In this document: piece after piece, positions 43,091-50,537 of the stretch
Layout: the number at the start of each line of letters is the position of its first letter
How positions within the stretch are numbered: the stretch's first letter is position 1
From: Candidatus Jorgensenbacteria bacterium GW2011_GWB1_50_10
GTDB taxonomy: Bacteria > Patescibacteriota > Minisyncoccia > UBA6257 > GWB1-50-10
Length of the DNA: 53,857 nt
Direction: 5' to 3'
NCBI GenBank assembly: GCA_001004105.1
Contig: LCQK01000002.1
Coordinates: forward strand, 141,419-195,275
Notes under the pieces: generated by a model
Seen by the model: only the letters and a program-made list of their open reading frames with translations
Database searches by the model: none
What the model was told of the DNA's origin: nothing
Made by a program: the position numbers and the translations under genes

Positions 43091-43128
43091 TTCCTCAATT
43101 ATGTACCATATGGTACATAATTGAGGAA
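43091..43128. promoter_or_regulatory. 38-bp perfect palindrome TTCCTCAATTATGTACCAT|ATGGTACATAATTGAGGAA (candidate operator or terminator)
   Basis: Checked base by base. Abuts the stop of the PaaX-like gene and lies 62-99 nt upstream of proS. A half-site-plus-centre copy, GTACCATATGATACAAGATTGAGGAA, lies at 43622-43647 upstream of the regulator. Confidence 0.55.
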
Positions 43129-43602
43129 CTATTCCAAAATCTCAACAAACATCGGCCGGCAAAATTTTTCCAGTTTATTCTCAACGATAAACTCCCAAAC
43201 TTCTGCCGAGAGCGGTTCGGGACCAATCCAAACACTTTTCTGAAAAGGATAAAAATTAAAATCGCGCAAAAGACGGCGTAGAGCAACACGCTTGGAATTC
43301 AATTTCACGGGGATGTCAAAACTTATAAGATACCACTTCCCTTCTTTGGGGATGGCTGTCATTTTATTTTTCATGTGCCTCCGAAAAAATCTTAATCCCT
43401 CCTTTGTTGGAGAAATTTTGCCGTCTTTTGTTTTCAAAAAACCGCGGGCAGTCAAACGCTCTAGACTTTGGCGAAGATATTTCTTGCGTTTGTATTGGTT
43501 GATAAATTCTTCCACTATTTCTAGAGCGATTTCCTTACCGTCGCGGAAGAATTCACTCAACTCCCGAATGTGTTTGTGAGCGTCGCGTGATGTTTTAGCC
43601 AT
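43129..43602 (-). CDS. PaaX-like winged-helix transcriptional regulator
   Basis: The N-terminal wHTH (LRQSLERLTARGFLKTKDGKISPTKEGLRF) and the WYLISFDIPVKLNSKRVALRRLLRDFNFYPFQKSVWIGP module are typical of the PaaX family. I prefer the ATG at 43602 over the TTG at 43617. Confidence 0.6.
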   Translation of the reverse strand: MAKTSRDAHKHIRELSEFFRDGKEIALEIVEEFINQYKRKKYLRQSLERLTARGFLKTKDGKISPTKEGLRFFRRHMKNKMTAIPKEGKWYLISFDIPVKLNSKRVALRRLLRDFNFYPFQKSVWIGPEPLSAEVWEFIVENKLEKFCRPMFVEILE

Positions 43603-43661
43603 ATTGTCTATCTTCAAAATTGTACCATATGATACAAGATTGAGGAAACAACCAAAATTAA

Positions 43662-44636
43662 TTATAATAACAATTGCTCTTTCTCTAAGCGGCGGGCGAG
43701 AGGCAAAAACTCCCTCACCAAAAACAGTGTGTAGCTTTCGGGCACGTACCTGATGGGCACATGGTACAAATCAACCCAAAGATGGCTGTAAATCGCAAAG
43801 AGAATAGATTGCTTCAAATAATTATTTTCTTTTTTGGAAAGTTTTCTTTTCTTGTTATATCCTTCCAGAAATTTCTTGATTAACGTCCCATCCAATCCTC
43901 TCTTGTTCAGGCAATTCCACATAATTGTTTTTCCCACATCAAATATAAAGGTGTCTACGTATGTGTTTCCGAAATCAATAACTCCGGTCAATTTATCGCC
44001 AACAAAAAGTTCGTTGTCGGGTTTGATATCCACGTGAATTGGGCCCCGGGGAAATCCCCTGGGCAGACGGTTATTTTCCACTCCCTGCCTTACCTCTTCA
44101 ACGACCGCCTTGAGCTCGGGATGGGTTTGCTTTTTGGCATAACGATACATCAACGCCATAACCTTAGGATTCAAATCATAAAACCTTCGTCTGCCCAACA
44201 TTCTTTTCCTGAACTTGCTGCCCAACCTGTGAAACTCGCCGACGAATTTACCGAGTTGGTACGCCATCCTTAGCGTAATCTTCCTGGGCTGACGGCCTTG
44301 TAAAAATCTGTACGCGCTCACTGCATATCCTTTGAAATTTTCAAGATATTTCCCGCGACTTGATCTAATATAATGCGGAACCGGCAAACGCTTTAAGTGC
44401 GTTAGAAAACTTATCTCGTGCAGGAGCGCGATTCTGGGAACGATTTTCATGTCCGCAACGACAACTTTCTTGCTTGATAAATTGTGCTTCGCAACGATAA
44501 ACCTGCCTTTCGGGGTTGTAATCACTACCTTAGGCGTTTGATAGCCCTGCCGGAAATAATCAATATCGTCTATTCTGCCGAGGTTAAACAAATCTGCGAT
44601 TCCCTCATATTCTTTTCTAGAGAAAAACTTGAGCAT
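43662..44636 (-). CDS. APH/CotS/homoserine-kinase-II-like phosphotransferase
   Basis: 324 aa with the kinase catalytic loop HVDIKPDNELF (HxDxxxxN) and VIDFGN (DFG-like). Starts 5 nt after the stop of the last Cys-rich paralogue. Confidence 0.7.
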   Translation of the reverse strand: MLKFFSRKEYEGIADLFNLGRIDDIDYFRQGYQTPKVVITTPKGRFIVAKHNLSSKKVVVADMKIVPRIALLHEISFLTHLKRLPVPHYIRSSRGKYLENFKGYAVSAYRFLQGRQPRKITLRMAYQLGKFVGEFHRLGSKFRKRMLGRRRFYDLNPKVMALMYRYAKKQTHPELKAVVEEVRQGVENNRLPRGFPRGPIHVDIKPDNELFVGDKLTGVIDFGNTYVDTFIFDVGKTIMWNCLNKRGLDGTLIKKFLEGYNKKRKLSKKENNYLKQSILFAIYSHLWVDLYHVPIRYVPESYTLFLVREFLPLARRLEKEQLLL

Positions 44637-44641
44637 GGATT

Positions 44642-46432
44642 TTATGCTACTTCAGCGTTATAGCATTGCTCGCAGTAGATAATTTCTGGGCGGTCCGGTG
44701 AATACGAGGTTTCAAATTCGTTGGGACAATGGCTGTTCTCGTGGAAGTGTTTGGTTGTATTCTGATAGATACTGTTTTCCGACCTCTCTCCGGCGCAGGT
44801 ACACTTACGATGCCAAAGTTTTAGGGGATTCCTCTGTTTCAAGCGCTGGTAATGCCTACAGTTAGGACATAACCTCGGGAGAGGCAGGTTCATCTTTCGG
44901 TAGAACTGGAGCTCGGGTTCGATGATTTTGAAGGCCTGGGTGCACTGTTCATTGCACTTGCCTCCGTGGGCGCAACTGATGGTCTCCTTGAGAATATCGT
45001 CTCCTACCTCCTTCACGTGGTCGGGGAGATCTTCTGGTTTTATGGTTATTTTGTAATCCTTGGTTTCCGGGTTTTTCCAACGGTAACCCTGAGTCAAAGC
45101 CTGTTCTTTGGTCAGCGGGAAGTACTCCTGGGCAATGGTCTCATTGTAGGCGAAGGGAGAGAGTTCTGGCGGGAAGAATTCGCCGTACTTATAGATCCGG
45201 CCCTTCACATCTACGTAAGGCCTATCATTCATGTGATCTACTATCTTAGGGACCAGCTTCTCATATTCTTCCTTGGTGTATTGCTTATTCAAGATGCAGT
45301 ATTGCTTGTTGCGTAATCCAGCGCAACCAAAGAGATTGGAGCAACCAGCACAATTCACAATATACCTAAGATTGGAAAGATTGATTTGCTTCCTACCGAG
45401 GTTTTTGGGTAGAGCCCGATAAGAAAATTGGACGTTGTACCCTCCGGCTTCCTCCAATTCGTAGCACAGCTCGCCTGCCGCGACCGAAATGTCAAATGAA
45501 TCCTTGGTCGGCATAAAGAGAATAAGTTGACAGTAGGCGCAGTTCTCGAGGTCACGACAAAGGAAAGAATTACGAACGTTCCTTGAATGGTCAATATAAT
45601 CGCCGGTAACGGAATAATTGTGCGTACCGTGCATAAAACGGGCGGGATATTTCATAATGTGGTTTTTAACTTCTTTCCTGACGTTATCTACAGCTACGTG
45701 GGAACCAAAAGAAAAATTCTTTTTGTACTTCTCGTACTCCTCCTTTGTATGCTGTTGGTTGAAAATGCAATATTGCTTGTGCCGCAAGTTCACGCACCCA
45801 AAACAATCACGGCAATCAAGTAAGCGGTAAGAAAAATAAATATTTGAACATTCTACGCAATCGACGCAAAAAAACGATTGGTAACATTTTTCGCAATCCA
45901 ACAACTCATAGGACAATTCCGAGCTTACCGTCTTCGTAGAATCGAAAACGCTCTTTGAATGAAGCAATTCCGTACAATATCCAGAATCCTCGGAAAATCC
46001 AGAGTTAAAAAGAAAATAACAATCTTTAAGATGCGATACGTTGAAACAATAATCACTCCTAACCGAAAAAAGATTCCATCCATGAGGCCAAGGGACAAGA
46101 TTCATAAGTTCTTGAATCTGTTCAAAGAAAGGGCGAGAAAAATCGTAATCCCGGCCATAAACCATGGGGTCCCAACTATCCGAAATCCAATAATCGTATT
46201 TGTATACAGGAAAAGGAACAGCCGGAGAATAGTTGGAAATAACCTTCTTTTCCGAACCGACAACGTCTCTCAAGTGGAGAGTGCGTAAATTACGAAAAAT
46301 CATTCTCCTTACCGCCCTGCACTCCGGGCACCACGTCGGCGGCGGGACTTTTACTTTCTCGTAAAAATCAAAATCCTCCGGCTCTATGACGAAGCTCTGC
46401 TTACAGTTTTGGCAGGTTTTTGTTTCGCTCAT
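44642..46432 (-). CDS. Cysteine-rich multi-zinc-ribbon paralogue, copy A
   Basis: 596 aa from MSETKTCQNCKQSF. Its ATG overlaps the TGA of copy B (ATGA at 46429-46432). The C-terminal ~110 aa are nearly identical to copy D. The second N-terminal ribbon has lost its four Cys. Confidence 0.8.
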   Translation of the reverse strand: MSETKTCQNCKQSFVIEPEDFDFYEKVKVPPPTWCPECRAVRRMIFRNLRTLHLRDVVGSEKKVISNYSPAVPFPVYKYDYWISDSWDPMVYGRDYDFSRPFFEQIQELMNLVPWPHGWNLFSVRSDYCFNVSHLKDCYFLFNSGFSEDSGYCTELLHSKSVFDSTKTVSSELSYELLDCEKCYQSFFCVDCVECSNIYFSYRLLDCRDCFGCVNLRHKQYCIFNQQHTKEEYEKYKKNFSFGSHVAVDNVRKEVKNHIMKYPARFMHGTHNYSVTGDYIDHSRNVRNSFLCRDLENCAYCQLILFMPTKDSFDISVAAGELCYELEEAGGYNVQFSYRALPKNLGRKQINLSNLRYIVNCAGCSNLFGCAGLRNKQYCILNKQYTKEEYEKLVPKIVDHMNDRPYVDVKGRIYKYGEFFPPELSPFAYNETIAQEYFPLTKEQALTQGYRWKNPETKDYKITIKPEDLPDHVKEVGDDILKETISCAHGGKCNEQCTQAFKIIEPELQFYRKMNLPLPRLCPNCRHYQRLKQRNPLKLWHRKCTCAGERSENSIYQNTTKHFHENSHCPNEFETSYSPDRPEIIYCEQCYNAEVA

Positions 46433-48132
46433 ACTACTTCCTGAAGATAACACTTCTTACACAAGATATAATCTGCTTCTTCTTTTGGATAATGGGTTTC
46501 AAATCCGGCGCCGCACTTGGAACATGTTCTTTGAAATACTCGTAGATTTTTTACCCATTTGCGGAATTTTTCGTTAATTCGACAGAAGGGACACTCACGC
46601 GGCAAGGGCAGGTTCATCTTTCGCAGAAATTCCAATTCCATCGGGATAATCTTAAAGCCCCGAGAGCAACTGCTGCAACCAATTACTTCTTTCGTGATAT
46701 TCTCTGGCGCGTCTTTAATATGATCAGGCAATTTGTCTGCAGGTTTCGTAATGCTATGGGAACGGCTATCCGCCTCTCGCCACCCCCAGCCCTTAGAAAG
46801 GGCCTCTTCTTTGGTGATGGGAATAAAAGTCTGAGCCAACGTCTCGCTGTAAACGAAGGGACTAATCTCAACTGGAAAAAATTCGCCGTAGGTATATTTT
46901 AAACCCTGTTTGTCAAAGTAAGGCGTGGAGTTCATGTGCTCTATAATTTTCGCGCGCAACTTTTTAAATTCTTCCTCCGAGTACTGTCTGTTTAGAATAC
47001 AGTAATTGCCTTTCTTCATTGAGACGCAACCGAAATGGTTTGAGCCACCGGTTGAGAGCTTGCAGTACTCGGCGTTTAAGAGGTTAATGCCGGATTCCTG
47101 GCAGAATCTTACGTTAGAAGCGTTCTCGCCAACCACGCACGATTCATAGGCGAGCTGCAAATTATTGCCCCAACTGGAAACATCATAGGCATCTTTTATA
47201 GGAGATTCGGGAAGAAGAAATAAATATTTAGAATCTTCTGCGCCGATAACCTCAAAACATTCTTTGCAATTCTTAGATTGGAAAACATAACTGCCGGTGG
47301 AATTAACCGACAAATCATCAAATTTCGGCCGCGGCGGAAATTTCTTCCAGTGTTCCCTCGCCAAACGTTTTACTTCCTGATAGGTCTTGTAAGAGCCGAG
47401 GTCCCATTTTTTAATTTCCTGAAAATAATCTTCTTTGGAGTAGGGCTTGTTGAATATATGATATTTCCTGTTGCGGAGGCTGGCCGAAGCGAAACAATTC
47501 TGACAATTACTGGAATCTTTCATAAAAGCGCAATCAATTGATTCCACCAAGTCTTCGGAACCGACACAACGGTTGTCCTTATAGGCGTTCGCCAAGTCAT
47601 AACAGAATTCGCATAGCTTCAGCATGGAGCAATCAAGAAGCATCCGGTTGTCCACGACCACGAGCCCATAGGCACAATCCTCATCGAAGTCGGCATAAAA
47701 AAGCATGTAGCAATTTTTGAGGTGACCAGCGTGATTGTTATAAGGAGAAGTCGCTGCCACTTGGAAATCAATAGAAAGTCCCAGAAGCGGCACTTCATGG
47801 AATAATTCGTTAAATTGTTCAAAAAACGGCCTATTGAAATTGTATTCTCTACCATACGAAAGCGGCTCCCATTTATCCGACCACCAGCACTGCGGGCAAT
47901 ACACCTTATAGGGGGAGTTGGGCGAGTACATAGAAATTTTTTCTTCGCCACAAAGGTCACACCTCCGACGGTAAAGCGTCATCAAATTAAAAACTGCTAA
48001 CCGCCGCTGAAAACGACATTTCGGGCAAAAAGTTGGCGGCGGGACGTTGATTTTCCTGTAGAAATCGAAATCTTCCGGCTCAATTATAAATTGCTTTTTA
48101 CAATTCTGACAGGTTTTGGTTTCAGGACTCAT
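46429..48132 (-). CDS. Cysteine-rich multi-zinc-ribbon paralogue, copy B
   Basis: 567 aa from MSPETKTCQNCKKQF. The track's extra 40 N-terminal residues overlap the RelE-like gene, so I rejected them. Confidence 0.8.
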   Translation of the reverse strand: MSPETKTCQNCKKQFIIEPEDFDFYRKINVPPPTFCPKCRFQRRLAVFNLMTLYRRRCDLCGEEKISMYSPNSPYKVYCPQCWWSDKWEPLSYGREYNFNRPFFEQFNELFHEVPLLGLSIDFQVAATSPYNNHAGHLKNCYMLFYADFDEDCAYGLVVVDNRMLLDCSMLKLCEFCYDLANAYKDNRCVGSEDLVESIDCAFMKDSSNCQNCFASASLRNRKYHIFNKPYSKEDYFQEIKKWDLGSYKTYQEVKRLAREHWKKFPPRPKFDDLSVNSTGSYVFQSKNCKECFEVIGAEDSKYLFLLPESPIKDAYDVSSWGNNLQLAYESCVVGENASNVRFCQESGINLLNAEYCKLSTGGSNHFGCVSMKKGNYCILNRQYSEEEFKKLRAKIIEHMNSTPYFDKQGLKYTYGEFFPVEISPFVYSETLAQTFIPITKEEALSKGWGWREADSRSHSITKPADKLPDHIKDAPENITKEVIGCSSCSRGFKIIPMELEFLRKMNLPLPRECPFCRINEKFRKWVKNLRVFQRTCSKCGAGFETHYPKEEADYILCKKCYLQEVV

Positions 48133-48133
48133 T

Positions 48134-48394
48134 CTATTTTCTTTTATAAATTTCTTTTCTGTGGCCGACGGCGAAGAAAACAGCATCTTTAGCGCGAAAA
48201 TAAAAAAGAACCCGGTAACGGCGGGTAATCCGGATTGAGTAAACGCCCTCAAACCCTTTCAGTTTCTTGACGTGAAGACGGGGGTCAAGCCAACTCTTGA
48301 TAAAAATCGCTTCTTGCTTTTTTAAAAGGCGTTTCGCCTCGGTGGGTAGTTTCTCAACGTCGTGAAGAAAGTCATCAGTTCTGTAGATGACCAT
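48134..48394 (-). CDS. RelE/ParE-family toxin
   Basis: 86 aa. HVKKLKGFEGVYSIRITRRYRVLFYFRAKDAVFFAVGHRKEIY is a typical RelE/ParE C-terminal pattern. Confidence 0.75.
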   Translation of the reverse strand: MVIYRTDDFLHDVEKLPTEAKRLLKKQEAIFIKSWLDPRLHVKKLKGFEGVYSIRITRRYRVLFYFRAKDAVFFAVGHRKEIYKRK

Positions 48395-48401
48395 GGCTTG
48401 T

Positions 48402-48590
48402 TTAAGCCCTGGGATAATTCCTGAGGGCTTTCTCCAGAGACTTCTTTATTGCGGCGGCATTCCGATAACCCTTGAGCCTTTCTTCCGGAATAGCTAAAAT
48501 CTTCAAAAGGATGGCTTTAACTTCTGAAACATCACGGCGGAGCACCTTTACTTCCTTATTAAGTTTCTTGACAAGAATTTGAGTAGACAT
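48402..48590 (-). CDS. Small helical protein, positional antitoxin candidate for the RelE-like toxin
   Basis: 62 aa from MSTQILVKKL. Its start overlaps the stop of the upstream HicB-like ORF (TAATG). I recognise no family. Confidence 0.45.
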   Translation of the reverse strand: MSTQILVKKLNKEVKVLRRDVSEVKAILLKILAIPEERLKGYRNAAAIKKSLEKALRNYPRA

Positions 48591-48796
48591 TAAAAGCACT
48601 GTATCACAATTCTTTCTTCACGGCCGCCTGACAATAACTTATTAGCTTCAAGAACCAGGAGGAGAGCCTCTTTAAGATTTGATTTTGTCTCTCTTAAAGT
48701 TTTGCCTTGAGTATTTACGCCGGGAATTTCCTCAACCCAACCCAAATACCATTTTCCTGACTTTTTATAAACTGCTGTAAATTGTCTCTTTGCCAT
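48590..48796 (-). CDS. HicB-like (UPF0150) antitoxin-fold protein, no adjacent HicA
   Basis: 68 aa. FTAVYKKSGKWYLGWVEEIPGVNTQGKTLRETKSNLKEALLLVLE matches the HicB N-terminal fold signature. Confidence 0.6.
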   Translation of the reverse strand: MAKRQFTAVYKKSGKWYLGWVEEIPGVNTQGKTLRETKSNLKEALLLVLEANKLLSGGREERIVIQCF

Positions 48797-48839
48797 AATT
48801 ACTTAATAATACCACGAATATTTCACAAAAATCAACCAA

Positions 48840-50513
48840 CTAAACTACTTCTCGTTGGTAACACTCTTCGCAATAAACAATCTCCGGCCTTTCGGGGGCG
48901 TAGGTGGTTTGAATCGGTTTGCTGCATTTGGCGCAGGTGCGCGAATACAATTTGAACGGCCCGCGGCGGCGGAGGCGGTCGGCATGGCGGCAGTAAAAAC
49001 ACTTGCGCGGAACGGGGATGAGCATTTTGCGGTAGAAATCCAATTCCGGCTTGATGATTCTGTAATTCCGGCCGCAGGAAACACAGGCAAGAGTTTCTTT
49101 TAAGATATTGTCTGTCACGTCCTTGATGTGGTCGGGAATTTGCTCCGATTTTAAGGTTTCCTTACCAGTCGTCATCTGCAAGTCGTCCTGCCAGCGGAAT
49201 CCTTGCTTCAACGCCTCTTCTTTAGTGAGCGGCATATTATCCTGGGCGATTGTTTCGTTATAGGCGAAGAAAGCAAGCTGAGGCGGCATGAATAAGCCGT
49301 ATAAATTCTTAGTTTTAAGCTCACTCACAATGTGTCCTCTTATTTTCTTGTACTCTTCCTCGCTGTATTGCTTGTTCAAAACCGCATATTTGGCCTTCCT
49401 CAACCCATCGCAACCGAAGCAATATTCCCCTCCTTGAAGGGCTATTGAATATTCAACGTCATGAGTATTAATACACCACCAGGAGCCGATGACGCGAGAC
49501 GAGGTTCCAACTGCCACCCCTTCAAGCAATAATTCGCTCTCCCTCCCGTGGCCGATAAGGTCATAACTGTCTTTAACGTTTTTTATGGAAAAAAGGTTTT
49601 TGGAATCTTCGCAAAATGATGCCTCAAAGCAGTTGAAACAATTTTTTGATTCAAAAATATAATCGCCGACAACGCGAACGCTTCTTAAATTACTATTTTC
49701 CCGGTGAGGAAATTTAAGCGAAAATTCATCAAATTTTTTGCGCATTTCTTCTGTTTTCTGATAACTCCCTAAAATATCTTCCACCCTGCGGTTCCATTCC
49801 TCTTTGTTTAATGGTTCATTAAAGAAATGGTAGGATTTGTGTCTTAAATTAACACATCCAAAACAATTCCGGCAACCAACGCAATTTAAAAGAAACCACG
49901 AATCAATGCAGTCAGGGCTGTTCTCTGCCTGGCAAACGCCATTGCTATTTTGGACATTCACGCCTTCATAAACACGCTCAGCTTTATCGGCGTAATAAGT
50001 GTCAAAAGTATCGCGGCTATTGGTGAGACCTCGCGAATAGGCGCAGTTTTCGTTGCGCGGACCGGAGTTAAAAATAAGATAGCAATCTTTGTTGGCGCCG
50101 GAAAAATTAGTCCAGTCGCTCCGAATATTCGGTCCCATGTCGGTGGAAGCGAATATGCCGGACTTAGGAACCTGAAGTATCAATTCAGAAAATTGCTCAA
50201 AAAACGGCCGCGAGAAATCGTAATCCCGGCCGTAAGAGAGCGGGTCCCACTTATCCGATAGCCAGCAATCGCGGCAATAGACAACATAAGGAGATTTGTG
50301 GTGGTACATCGCGACGGTGGATTTTCCGCAAAGTTCACACTTACGCGAGTAAAGATTCATCTCGTTTCTGAAAACCGCTCGCCTTCTAAATCGGCAATCG
50401 GGGCACAAAACCGGCGCCGGGACGCCCATTTTTTCGTAGAAACCCAAATCGTCCGGCGTGATTTCAAACTGGGCTTTGCAGTTTTTACAGGATTTTGTTT
50501 CTCTATTCATCAT
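48840..50513 (-). CDS. Cysteine-rich multi-zinc-ribbon paralogue, copy C
   Basis: 557 aa, MMNRETKSCKNCKAQFEITPDDLGFYEKMGVPAPVLCPDCR...YCEECYQREVV. Confidence 0.8.
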   Translation of the reverse strand: MMNRETKSCKNCKAQFEITPDDLGFYEKMGVPAPVLCPDCRFRRRAVFRNEMNLYSRKCELCGKSTVAMYHHKSPYVVYCRDCWLSDKWDPLSYGRDYDFSRPFFEQFSELILQVPKSGIFASTDMGPNIRSDWTNFSGANKDCYLIFNSGPRNENCAYSRGLTNSRDTFDTYYADKAERVYEGVNVQNSNGVCQAENSPDCIDSWFLLNCVGCRNCFGCVNLRHKSYHFFNEPLNKEEWNRRVEDILGSYQKTEEMRKKFDEFSLKFPHRENSNLRSVRVVGDYIFESKNCFNCFEASFCEDSKNLFSIKNVKDSYDLIGHGRESELLLEGVAVGTSSRVIGSWWCINTHDVEYSIALQGGEYCFGCDGLRKAKYAVLNKQYSEEEYKKIRGHIVSELKTKNLYGLFMPPQLAFFAYNETIAQDNMPLTKEEALKQGFRWQDDLQMTTGKETLKSEQIPDHIKDVTDNILKETLACVSCGRNYRIIKPELDFYRKMLIPVPRKCFYCRHADRLRRRGPFKLYSRTCAKCSKPIQTTYAPERPEIVYCEECYQREVV

Positions 50514-50537
50514 CTTAATTTGAGACAGTATGACGCG

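Noticed and set aside
48133-48252. 40-residue N-terminal extension of paralogue B in the ORF track
   Set aside because: It overlaps the RelE-like gene in another frame and is hydrophobic junk. All the other paralogues start at the M-x-x-ETKTC motif, which here begins at the ATG at 48132.
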